The notes beneath the pieces are model-generated. The model saw only the letters and a program-made list of their open reading frames with translations, did no database searches and was not told where the DNA came from. The position numbers and the translations under genes were made by a program. Of a stretch of DNA of 64,000 nucleotides, positions 1 through 8,664 are shown piece after piece. The DNA comes from Planctomycetota bacterium (GTDB lineage Bacteria; Planctomycetota; B15-G4), in NCBI GenBank assembly GCA_965248575.1, contig CBDFJQ010000002.1:4544001-4608000 (forward strand), given 5' to 3'. Position 1 is the stretch's first letter; each line of letters begins with the position of its first letter.

Positions 1-2
1 TG

Positions 3-230
3 GGCGGCGGCTACATGATGGCGCGCTCACCGGCAGAAGTCAGCGTGCAGGACGTGATCGACAGCTTCGAGCCCACCCACGCCAGCAGGGGCTGCCAACT
101 GAAGGACATCCCTGGCGCCGAGTGCCCCACCATGGACCCCATGTGCCGCCTGCGCGAGTTGTTCGAGGAGGTAGATCAAACAACCCGCGCCACCTTCAGG
201 TCCGTCACCTTCGACACGCTGGCGCGCTGA
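3..230 (+). CDS. Rrf2-family transcriptional regulator, 5'-truncated by window edge
   Basis: Frame reads GGGYMMARSPAEVSVQDVIDSFE, matching the Rrf2 GGYxLARxPxEI motif, followed by three Cys (CQL...CPT...MCRL) typical of Fe-S-binding Rrf2 proteins. Confidence 0.8.
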   Translation, partial: GGGYMMARSPAEVSVQDVIDSFEPTHASRGCQLKDIPGAECPTMDPMCRLRELFEEVDQTTRATFRSVTFDTLAR

Positions 231-755
231 TTAGAGATCGCCCCGATTCAGTTGGCGAGGCGAAGAGTTGCCTTCGCATCTGCACAGTTAAGAAGTCGCA
301 GGCAATCGTCGAGCCCTTGTGGTTACGGATGAAGGTGGACCAGCGTCACCCGTGCTCCGAACATTCAATTTGTCTTGGCCAGCGGATTTGTTTGCTTCCT
401 TGCTCGCGACCATGAACGCGAAGAGCCGGGGGAGAGAGCACCGCTCTGACGGTTCACCGCCACGAGTCCCCAACCTCACGCCGCTCATGGACCTGACCCA
501 CGACAACGACCTGGAATCCGCCCCGATCCAGACCTCGGATACTTCGGGCCCGTTTCGCAGACTGTGCTACCGTCGCGGCAAGCGCGTGAACGGCGAGCCC
601 GTTCGGAGTGAGCCTTTCGCTGTCACGTCGAAGCCAGGCGCATCGCGTTGGGAATCGACGCACGATTTGAGTCGTGCGCACCAGGGGTGAAGACTAGAAC
701 AGGACTCGGTGCCGCTCCATCCAGAAGCAGCAGCCGCGAATCGAAGGGGGCATTC

Positions 756-1679
756 ATGTCCAGGGAGAAGACGATGCAAGACAAAGTTTCAAAGGGCTGC
801 ACCGCAGCCAAGGCTGATGAAGCGAAGGCAGAGGCCAGCCTGTCCAAGGCAGAGGCTACGAAGAAGACCACGCAGACTGCCCTCAACACGGCAATTAGTG
901 TGCAAGCGGCCGCGGGGCTCGCGCTTGCAGCAGCAGCTGCCAAGGCGTCTGCTGCCACATCCGCAGCGGCCGCCGCGGTGGTAGCTTCGACTGCCGCCGA
1001 CGCCGCCTCAGCATCAGCCGCCACAGCATCAGCAGCGGCAGATGTCGCTTCAGTTTCCGCCGATGCTGCAGCAGGCACGGCGACTGCGGCTGCTACCGCC
1101 ACCGCAGCAACCGCAGCAACCGCAGCTGCCGCAGCAACGGTGGCCGATGCCACGGCTGCCGCCGCGGCTGCGACTGCAGCGGGATTGACAGCGGCCATGG
1201 TTGCGGCAGATGCAGTAGCGGCTGCCCAGCTTGGATTGGACCCAGTCTCTGATGCGCTCGCAGCGGCCGCGACGGCGGCATCTGTTGCCGCCGATGCTAC
1301 TTCCGCAGCGGCCGCAGCGGCCGCGGTCACAGCCACCTCGATTGCCGCTGCCGCAGCGGCCGCAGCTGCCGTCGACGCCGCAGCTGCCGTACCGCTTGTC
1401 GCCGCCGCTACCGCTGCTACGGCAGCTGCAACCGCGGCTACGGCTGCTGCTACCGCCGCCGTGGCCACAGCGGCTACCGCAACGGCCGATGTAGCGACCA
1501 CTGCCGCAGCCTCAGTTGCGGCAGCGGCACTGGTTGGAAAGCTCAGCGCCGCGAACGCGGTGACGGTGGCAGCCGTAGCAAGCGCAACGGTCGCCAACAA
1601 CGTTGCGGGTACTGCCCTCACCAATGCTCAAAAGGCGAGCACCGCTGCCAGGGCAGCAACAGCGAAGGCCTGCTCCTGA
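756..1679 (+). CDS. Alanine-rich (153/307 Ala) hypothetical protein, predicted long helical hairpin
   Basis: ATG at 756 preceded by GAAGGGGG; Ala encoded by all four GCN codons, so not a DNA repeat; no aromatic residues; Cys15, Cys306 and central GLDP at 160-163. Confidence 0.75.
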   Translation: MSREKTMQDKVSKGCTAAKADEAKAEASLSKAEATKKTTQTALNTAISVQAAAGLALAAAAAKASAATSAAAAAVVASTAADAASASAATASAAADVASVSADAAAGTATAAATATAATAATAAAAATVADATAAAAAATAAGLTAAMVAADAVAAAQLGLDPVSDALAAAATAASVAADATSAAAAAAAVTATSIAAAAAAAAAVDAAAAVPLVAAATAATAAATAATAAATAAVATAATATADVATTAAASVAAAALVGKLSAANAVTVAAVASATVANNVAGTALTNAQKASTAARAATAKACS

Positions 1680-1992
1680 CGGAACGCAGACCAATCTTTC
1701 CCGTCGAGCATGCCGCATGACTTGAGGTCCCGAAGGAGCCCGGCGATCGGCAAGCAGCCCAACTTGAGGGAAGGGGCCGGAGACCGGCAGCCCGGACTCG
1801 CCGGTCTACGAGCTGGGATGCTGCAGATGACTACCAGCGTCCGCGCCTGGCTCTACTCTTGCGGCAGCGGGTTCAACAGGAACCCGCGCATCACGCCAGC
1901 TAGGCTAGGCTAGACTGGACCCCTCGCCGGTCGCCGCCTCGCAGCGCCAGGGCGCGATCGCACCTCCGACGCCTCCGGCTGAGTTCAATGCC

Positions 1993-3048
1993 ATGTGGAT
2001 GAGAGCCCTCGTACTGTCAGGCCTGCTCGCGCTCGCTGCCCCTGTCTCTGCGCAGACGATCACGCAGATCATCGACTCTACGGGAGACGGCCACGGCCAC
2101 CCGCTGCTGGGGGCCCGGGGTCTCGTCGTGGACCGGGCGGGCACCGTGTACGTGGCGGGACACGGCAGCCACAACGTCTTCCGCATCGCGCCGGACGGCA
2201 TGATCACGCAGATCATGGACGCCTCGGGAGACGGGCAGGGGAACACCCTCGCGAACCCCTTCGACCTCGCGCTGGACGCTGCGGGCAACCTCTACGTCAC
2301 GGGAGAATCGAGCGGCAACGTCTTCCGAATCGCGCCTGACGGCACGATCACCGAGATCCTTGACGCCACGGGGGACGGACGGGGCAACCCCCTCGTGGAG
2401 CCCGAGAGCCTCGTCGTCAGCGACTCGGGTCGGCTCTTCGTGTTGACGAGGGGACCGGGCGGCGTCCTCCGCGTCGACCCAGACGGCACGATCACGCCGA
2501 TCTACTTCGGCTGGTGGCCCATGAGGCTGGCGCTCGGTCCCTCGGACGCCCTCTACGTCACGGACTTCCTCTACGACGAGGGTCACCGGATCGAACTGCA
2601 CGGGCACGGGGCGGCCACCAAGATCATCGACTACGAGGGGGACGGGACGGGCAACCCCTTCTGGTACGGCTCCGCTGTGGCCGTAGGCAGGGCAGGGGTC
2701 TACATGATGGGCGCCGGCAGCAACAACGTCTTCCGGATCGAGCGAGACGGCACGAAGACGCAGATCATCGACGGCAGCGGGGACGGGGAGGGTCACCTGC
2801 TCGACTCCTTCTACGGCATCCACCACCCGGCCGACCTCGCCGTGGACAGCGACGAGAACGTCTACGTGGCCGGCGTCTGGAGCCACAACGTCTTCCGGGT
2901 CGCGCCGGACGGCACGATCACGCAGCTCATCGACGCCACCGGTGACGGGCAGGGCCACCCCCTCATGCACCCGGAGAACCTCGCCGTGGGTCGCGGCGGC
3001 GTCTACGTCTCGGGCTGGGGCAGCGACAACGTGTTCCGGATCGAGTGA
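1993..3048 (+). CDS. Secreted NHL/SBBP-like repeat beta-propeller protein
   Basis: Signal peptide MRALVLSGLLALAAPVSAQ; repeats of about 43 aa, SxNVFRIxPDGxITQIxDxxGDGxGxPL...LAVD...VYV. Confidence 0.85.
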   Translation: MWMRALVLSGLLALAAPVSAQTITQIIDSTGDGHGHPLLGARGLVVDRAGTVYVAGHGSHNVFRIAPDGMITQIMDASGDGQGNTLANPFDLALDAAGNLYVTGESSGNVFRIAPDGTITEILDATGDGRGNPLVEPESLVVSDSGRLFVLTRGPGGVLRVDPDGTITPIYFGWWPMRLALGPSDALYVTDFLYDEGHRIELHGHGAATKIIDYEGDGTGNPFWYGSAVAVGRAGVYMMGAGSNNVFRIERDGTKTQIIDGSGDGEGHLLDSFYGIHHPADLAVDSDENVYVAGVWSHNVFRVAPDGTITQLIDATGDGQGHPLMHPENLAVGRGGVYVSGWGSDNVFRIE

Positions 3049-3118
3049 GAGCCGGAAGCCCCCTGCGCGGAAGGGCGACGATCAGCGGGCTCACACCGAT
3101 GTTCGGCACCCGATCCGC

Positions 3119-3147
3119 AACACGGGAGGGCTTTGTTTCGCTTATGC
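3119..3147 (+). repeat. Intergenic ~28-bp motif, copy 1
   Basis: aacacgggagggctttgtttcgcttatgc; aligns with 6682-6709 and 11195-11222. Confidence 0.6.
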
Positions 3148-3265
3148 TCAGAGGATCCAATCACCTTCCAGGATCCACTCCACACCCACCCGCGGACCAG
3201 GTCTCCATGAGCATCGCTTCGTCGAGGCGAACCGGATCAGGCTCCGTGCTGCTCGTGGGGCGCGC

Positions 3266-5077
3266 GTGAACCGCAGCTGGATCGTCTGCCTGCTGCTCGT
3301 CGCGGCGACCTGGGCCGTGTATGCGCCGGTGCTGGAGAGCGACTTCGTCCTGTTCGACGACCCCCAGTACGTGACCGAGAACGCCCCGGTGCTCGAGGGC
3401 ATCACGGCTGACGGCCTGAGCTGGGCATTCACCACTGGGCACGCGTCCAACTGGCACCCGATCACCTGGCTGTCCCACATGCTCGACGTGGAGCTGTTCG
3501 GGGTCGAACCGGCGGGGCATCACGCGACGAACCTCGTGCTGCACGTGCTCAACGCGGTGCTGCTTTTCGGGCTGCTGAGAAGCATGACCAAGCGTCTCTG
3601 GTCGAGCGCAGTCGTGGCGGCGCTCTTCGCGCTGCACCCGTTGCATGTGGAGTCGGTCGCGTGGGTCGCCGAGCGCAAGGACGTGCTGTGCACACTGCTG
3701 GGCCTAGCGACGGTGGCCGCCTGGTACAGCTACGTGCGACGTGGTGGGGTGGCCCGGTACGCGCTGACCTTGCTGCTGTACGCGCTCGGTCTCATGGCCA
3801 AGCCCATGCTCGTGACCCTGCCGTTGGTGCTCTTGCTGCTGGACGTCTGGCCTCTCCGGCGGCTTGAGGATCGCGACGCTGCCAAACGCCACCTGCTGCT
3901 TGAGAAGCTCCCGTTGCTGCTGCTCGCGGTGGCGTCGAGCGTCGTGACGTTTCTCGTCCAGCGATCGGGTGGCGCCGTCGCGGACACGGCCTACGTGAGC
4001 TTGTCCCAACGCGCCGCCAATGCGGTCGTCTCCGCGGGCGTGTACCTGTGGCAGACCGTGTGGCCCGCCGATCTGTCCATCATGTACGTCCATCCGGACA
4101 TGCCCGGCGGCACACCCCACACGTCCGGCGTCGTCATCGGTTGCGGGCTGCTGCTGCTGGCGCTGACGATCGTCGTGCTGCGGGCTGGCAAACGGGGTGC
4201 CGCGCTCGTGGGCTGGTTCGGGTATCTCGGCACGCTCGTTCCCGTGGTCGGCCTCGTGCAGGTGGGGCTGCAGGCGCACGCCGACCGCTACACATACATC
4301 CCGCTGGTGGGAATTTTCGTGGCGGTCACCTGGTGGGGCGCCGACCAGGTGGAGACCCTGGCGCGTCGTCGACCCGCGTTGCGCGCGGCAGGCGTCGTCA
4401 TCGCTGTCGTGCTGCTTGGGGCGCTCGCGGTCCGCAGCCGATCACAAGTCATGGTCTGGCGCGACAACGAGACCCTGATGAAGCACGCGCTCAGCGTGGC
4501 GCCCACGAGTCCGCTCATGCACTTCACGCTGGGGACGGGCCTGCTTCGGGAGGGACGGTATGAAGAAGCCGTCGAGCATCTCTCCAGCGCGCTGGAGATC
4601 TCTCCCCAGGACGTGGACACGATCGCCAATCTGGGCACGGCTCTCGTTCGTCTGGGGCGGCTCGACGAGGCGCTGCCGCTGCTCCGCAACGCCGTGGCCA
4701 ACAAGCAGGACGACGCCGCCATGCAGTCCAGCCTGGCCGTGGCCCTGCGAGCGCAGGGAGCACACGACGAGGCCATGGAACACGCCCGCCGAGCGATCGA
4801 ACTCGAGCCCGAGACGGGGAGCTGGCACTACAACCTCGGCAACCTGTTGTTCGATCAGATGCGATTGGACGAGGCCAATGATCGCTACCGCCGCGCCCTC
4901 GAATTGAACCCCGAGCTCTCAGACGCGCACCGCAATTGGGCCAACATCCTCGCGCGGCAAGGCAAGCTGGACGAGGCCATCAAGCACTACCAGGAGGCCA
5001 TCCGCATCGCGCCGGATGACCCGGAGCTCCGGAAGAACCTGGGCCTGTTGCTCGAGATGGCGGACCGGCAGCCCTAG
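3266..5077 (+). CDS. TMTC-like GT-C membrane glycosyltransferase with C-terminal TPRs
   Basis: Likely GTG start at 3266; FVLFDDPQYV acidic loop, SNWHPITWLSH, HPLHVESVAWVAERKD, ADRYTYIP; many TM segments; about 5 TPRs. Confidence 0.85.
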   Translation: MNRSWIVCLLLVAATWAVYAPVLESDFVLFDDPQYVTENAPVLEGITADGLSWAFTTGHASNWHPITWLSHMLDVELFGVEPAGHHATNLVLHVLNAVLLFGLLRSMTKRLWSSAVVAALFALHPLHVESVAWVAERKDVLCTLLGLATVAAWYSYVRRGGVARYALTLLLYALGLMAKPMLVTLPLVLLLLDVWPLRRLEDRDAAKRHLLLEKLPLLLLAVASSVVTFLVQRSGGAVADTAYVSLSQRAANAVVSAGVYLWQTVWPADLSIMYVHPDMPGGTPHTSGVVIGCGLLLLALTIVVLRAGKRGAALVGWFGYLGTLVPVVGLVQVGLQAHADRYTYIPLVGIFVAVTWWGADQVETLARRRPALRAAGVVIAVVLLGALAVRSRSQVMVWRDNETLMKHALSVAPTSPLMHFTLGTGLLREGRYEEAVEHLSSALEISPQDVDTIANLGTALVRLGRLDEALPLLRNAVANKQDDAAMQSSLAVALRAQGAHDEAMEHARRAIELEPETGSWHYNLGNLLFDQMRLDEANDRYRRALELNPELSDAHRNWANILARQGKLDEAIKHYQEAIRIAPDDPELRKNLGLLLEMADRQP

Positions 5078-5108
5078 CGCTGCGCGGCGCCCGCCCGTCG
5101 GGACCGTT

Positions 5109-6524
5109 TCAACGTCCGCCGTCGGGTTCGTGCGTGCTTCCCAGGTAGCCGAGTGCCCGCAAGTCGGCCAGGTCGTCCTCCGACATGGCTGACTGATAGG
5201 TGGCCGAGCGCAGTGACAGGGACTCACCCAGGGCCTTCAGGCTGTCGCCGAGTCGAGCGGTCAACTCTGCGTCGTCGATCGGGGTCTCGCTCCCGAGCCG
5301 ATAGAGTCGCGGCTGCCACACGTCGCTCTGCTGGCTGACCACCAGCCGATGGCTGTCCTGCACCAACCCGACGCGCGCTGTCTTCGAGCCGGCAAGAGTC
5401 GCCAGGTAAACGCTGCCGGAGGCCCCCGCCGCGCCGTCGCTCAAGAGGTTGCGTCCGGGTAGGCCGGGGGGCGTCAGCGCGCCGAGCAGGGGCGCCAGGG
5501 TTGGCAGCAGGTCGTGCAGCCCCACGGTGTCGTCGCGCACCTCCGCTTGGCCAGATGGCAGGCGCACCAAGAGCGGGACGTGCAACAGGGCCTCGTTCAA
5601 GTGCTCGCCGTGAGCGAACCAGTAGTCGTCCTCGCCCAGGCCCTCGCCGTGATCGGCGGTGAAGACGATCAGGGCGTCGTCGGTCAGGCCGCGCGCGGCC
5701 AGGCCATCCAGCAGCCGGCCGATCTCGGTGTCGAGGTGTAGGACTTCGCCTGCGTAACCCGCTCGGTAGAACGCGACATCGCGCTTGCCGTCGATCACCT
5801 GGTATTCGGGGATCGCGCCGATTCCGAACTGCTTCTCGTCGACAGGCAGCTCCCGCAAGCCGTCCGGTTTTAGGCGCTCGGCCTCGAGGAAGCGCTCGCG
5901 CAGGGCGGCGGGTGGCGTGTATGGACCGTGGGGATCCTGATAGTGGATCCACACGAACAGGTCGTCCGAGCGGGCGGAGAGTCGATCGACCAAGCTCAGC
6001 GCGGCATCGGTGGTCTCGGCGGCGGTGCGCTCGGGTATGTCGCGGTTTGCCTCGATGCGGGTGAAGGCGTTGTCGTAGGCGTCGAAGCCCAGAGCGAGGC
6101 CGGACACCTCGCGCAGCACGAAGTTGCTCACCACGGCGCCCGTCTGGAATCCGGCCGCCGCCAGCGTCTTCGTCAGGCTCGGGACGTCGGCGGGCACCAC
6201 GCAGTCGTTGCGCACCACGCCTATCTCCACAGGGTAGCGACCCGTCATCAGCGTGCTGATCGAGGGCAGGGTGAACGGCGCCGGCGCGTAGGCATGGCTG
6301 AAGCGGATGCTCTCGGTGGCGAGCTGGTCGATCCGGGGCGTGAGGTCGGGCGGGCCCCCGAAGGCGCCCACATGGTCGGCGCGCAGCGTGTCCACCGAGA
6401 TCAGCAAGACGAGCCGGCGGTCACCCGGGTTGCCCTCAACGTTGCCCTCACCGGCGCACGACAGGAGCGCCAGGGGGAGCCAGGTCATGAAGCACAGGAG
6501 CGTGCGTGGGGAGCGTGTCGGCAT
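5109..6524 (-). CDS. Sulfatase-like hydrolase/transferase lipoprotein (Thr-type active site)
   Basis: LLSC lipobox; ISVDTLRADH, APFTLPSISTLMTG, HYQDPHGPY, FTADHGE; C-terminal LRALGYL. Confidence 0.88.
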   Translation of the reverse strand: MPTRSPRTLLCFMTWLPLALLSCAGEGNVEGNPGDRRLVLLISVDTLRADHVGAFGGPPDLTPRIDQLATESIRFSHAYAPAPFTLPSISTLMTGRYPVEIGVVRNDCVVPADVPSLTKTLAAAGFQTGAVVSNFVLREVSGLALGFDAYDNAFTRIEANRDIPERTAAETTDAALSLVDRLSARSDDLFVWIHYQDPHGPYTPPAALRERFLEAERLKPDGLRELPVDEKQFGIGAIPEYQVIDGKRDVAFYRAGYAGEVLHLDTEIGRLLDGLAARGLTDDALIVFTADHGEGLGEDDYWFAHGEHLNEALLHVPLLVRLPSGQAEVRDDTVGLHDLLPTLAPLLGALTPPGLPGRNLLSDGAAGASGSVYLATLAGSKTARVGLVQDSHRLVVSQQSDVWQPRLYRLGSETPIDDAELTARLGDSLKALGESLSLRSATYQSAMSEDDLADLRALGYLGSTHEPDGGR

Positions 6525-6681
6525 CGCGGAGGGGACGTTAGCAGATCACGCAGCAATCGTCCCCGCCGGGGTCACACTGACTACGCGCGATGACTTGAAG
6601 GACCCCTGTCTCGGGCTCCCTGATCTGCTTGGCGCTCTTCCGCTGTTCCTCCTCGCCCCGCTGTCCGCGTGCCTGAACCGG

Positions 6682-6709
6682 AACACGAGGGGCTTTGCAT
6701 TGCTTATCC
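6682..6709 (+). repeat. Intergenic ~28-bp motif, copy 2
   Basis: aacacgaggggctttgcattgcttatcc. Confidence 0.6.
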
Positions 6710-6717
6710 TCCGCGTC

Positions 6718-8664
6718 GTGGCTGCCCCCCCCTCCCAAGATCCGGACGAGACCCACGACGACGGCGTCCCCATCCGGGCGGCCCTTCGTCAAGGGGGCTG
6801 GTGCGCGGCGCTGGCCCTGGTGGCGCTGACCTTTTCCGTCTGGTGGGCGGCTCTCGACTTGCCGTTGACCGGTGAGGACTACCGGATCCTGACGCGCGTC
6901 GACCAGGGGGGGGCCGGCTTCCGGAACACCTTCCGACCCGTCGCCGACCTGTGGCTGGAGATGCTCAACCCGTTCGCGGATGGGAGGTCCGCGCCCTACC
7001 ACGTCGCCTCCGTGGCGCTGCACGCGCTGAACGCGGTGCTCCTGTTCCTGCTGGCCGTCCGCCTTTCAGGGTCGCGCGCTTTCGCCTTCGCCGTCGGCGC
7101 GGTGTTCTCGTTGGGAGCCTCCAACACTGACGCCGTGGCGTGGCTGGCCGCCGTCAACCGGCCGCTGGCCACCGCCGGCGCGTTGATCAGCCTCGCGGCC
7201 CTGCTGCAGGTGAGCACGCGCCCCACCCGCGCGGCCGCTGCCTCGCTGCTGGCTGGGTTCCTCCTGCAGCTGGGAAGCAACGCAGAGGCCTACGGGACGA
7301 GCATCCTCACGCTGTCATGGCTGGCCGTCGCAGGTCTCCGAGCGCCAGGGGCCGTGCGCCGGACGTGCTGGCTGCTCGCCGGACTGCTGGGTGCACTGCT
7401 GGTGGTGCATCTGACCCTCCTGATGAAGGTGCCGGGCGGGAGCGGCGGCGACCTGGTGGGCGACGCCTCCGCGGCGTGGGGGGCCGCCGGCACGCGGCTC
7501 TCGGCGGTGGCCGACGGCCTCGGGACGAACCGTGCGACGCTGCTGGCGCTCTGTGCGCTGGGGGTGATCGCGCTGCTCGGCACCGGCCGTCGGCTGGCCG
7601 CGCTGTTCTGCGTGCTCTACTTCGTCACCTCCTTCCTGCCGTTCGTGTTCGCCGGCTCGCCCAACTACCGGCATTACCCCACGTCCGCGCCGGTGGCCCT
7701 GCTGCTGGGAGCCGCGGCCCTCGGCTGGGTGAGGCACCCCGGTCGCCGGCCCGCCGCCCCGTGGTACGCCGCGGTTGCGGTGGTGGTGCTGGCGCTGTGG
7801 GCGACGCGCGCACCCCGGGACGAGCTGCTGCAGGCGTGGGCGGAGGCCGGCGCGGAGCTGAGCGCCGCCGAGGCCGCTGTCCACGCGTTGCAGGCCGCGG
7901 GGGAGCCGCTGCCGTCGGTGGCCGTGAACGTGCATGTGACCACCAGCCAGCTCCTCGTGTACCACCTGCGCCGCCCGTTCACGGACCTCCTCCACATCGT
8001 GTCCTTCCTCGACACGCCCACCGGCACCGTGCAGCCCGTCGACGCACCGGAAGGTCGGTGGATCGGCAACCGCCGCGACGGCAGCTTCGGCCTGGTGGAG
8101 CCGGAGCACTACTTCACCGACCGTCCCCTCGTGACCCCCGTCATGCTCTCCCGCGCCCCGCGCCGCGCCGACTCACTGGAGGAGAGCCTGCGCCTGCTCG
8201 CCTCGGGCGGGGTCGACGTGACGCACGAGGTGGTGCTGGAGCGCTACGACCACGGCGACTGGCCGGAGGCCCTCGACCACATGCTCGAAAGCCCCGTAGT
8301 GGACCCCGACCGCTCGTCCATCGAGGTGCTGCTACCGTCGTCACCGCCAAACCGGGACCAACGTGTGGAGATGGAGGTCCACGTGGAGACGACGCGCCCG
8401 GTACTGCTCTGCGTCCAGGACGAGTGGATGCACCACGCCGGCACCATCCTGGCACCCGACGCCGCCTTCGTCCTGCGTGCGCACGACCCCCGAATGGCGA
8501 GGTGCCGGGCGACGCTGGCCGGAAGCGGACAGCGCTTGCGGACGTTCTTCGCCAACGCTCGGGGCACCGCCGTGCTCGTACCTGCCGGTGACCACGTGGT
8601 CCAGCTGGAGTGGACCGGCGACCCGCGCCGCCCGTTCCAGTCGCCCCGTGGTTCTCATAGGTAG
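6718..8664 (+). CDS. Polytopic membrane protein, GT-C glycosyltransferase-like
   Basis: GEDY loop after TM1, FRPV, YHVASVALHALNAVLLF, DAVAWLAA resemble the GT-C gene at 3266; soluble C-terminal region; start (GTG 6718) uncertain. Confidence 0.65.
   Translation: MAAPPSQDPDETHDDGVPIRAALRQGGWCAALALVALTFSVWWAALDLPLTGEDYRILTRVDQGGAGFRNTFRPVADLWLEMLNPFADGRSAPYHVASVALHALNAVLLFLLAVRLSGSRAFAFAVGAVFSLGASNTDAVAWLAAVNRPLATAGALISLAALLQVSTRPTRAAAASLLAGFLLQLGSNAEAYGTSILTLSWLAVAGLRAPGAVRRTCWLLAGLLGALLVVHLTLLMKVPGGSGGDLVGDASAAWGAAGTRLSAVADGLGTNRATLLALCALGVIALLGTGRRLAALFCVLYFVTSFLPFVFAGSPNYRHYPTSAPVALLLGAAALGWVRHPGRRPAAPWYAAVAVVVLALWATRAPRDELLQAWAEAGAELSAAEAAVHALQAAGEPLPSVAVNVHVTTSQLLVYHLRRPFTDLLHIVSFLDTPTGTVQPVDAPEGRWIGNRRDGSFGLVEPEHYFTDRPLVTPVMLSRAPRRADSLEESLRLLASGGVDVTHEVVLERYDHGDWPEALDHMLESPVVDPDRSSIEVLLPSSPPNRDQRVEMEVHVETTRPVLLCVQDEWMHHAGTILAPDAAFVLRAHDPRMARCRATLAGSGQRLRTFFANARGTAVLVPAGDHVVQLEWTGDPRRPFQSPRGSHR

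Noticed and set aside
319..690. 123-aa ORF between Rrf2 and the Ala-rich gene
   Set aside because: No RBS or recognisable motif; not supportable as a gene
623..1624. 333-aa Ala-rich ORF on the minus strand
   Set aside because: Antisense shadow of the GCN-rich plus-strand gene, which has the RBS and organised termini
1867..1887. Perfect 8-bp hairpin gcgggttc-aacag-gaacccgc
   Set aside because: No U-tract and about 190 nt from the stop codon; cannot be called a terminator
1993..3048. DNA-level repeats (aacgtcttccg...cggcacgatcac) that could suggest an array
   Set aside because: They are coding repeats of propeller blades, not CRISPR repeats
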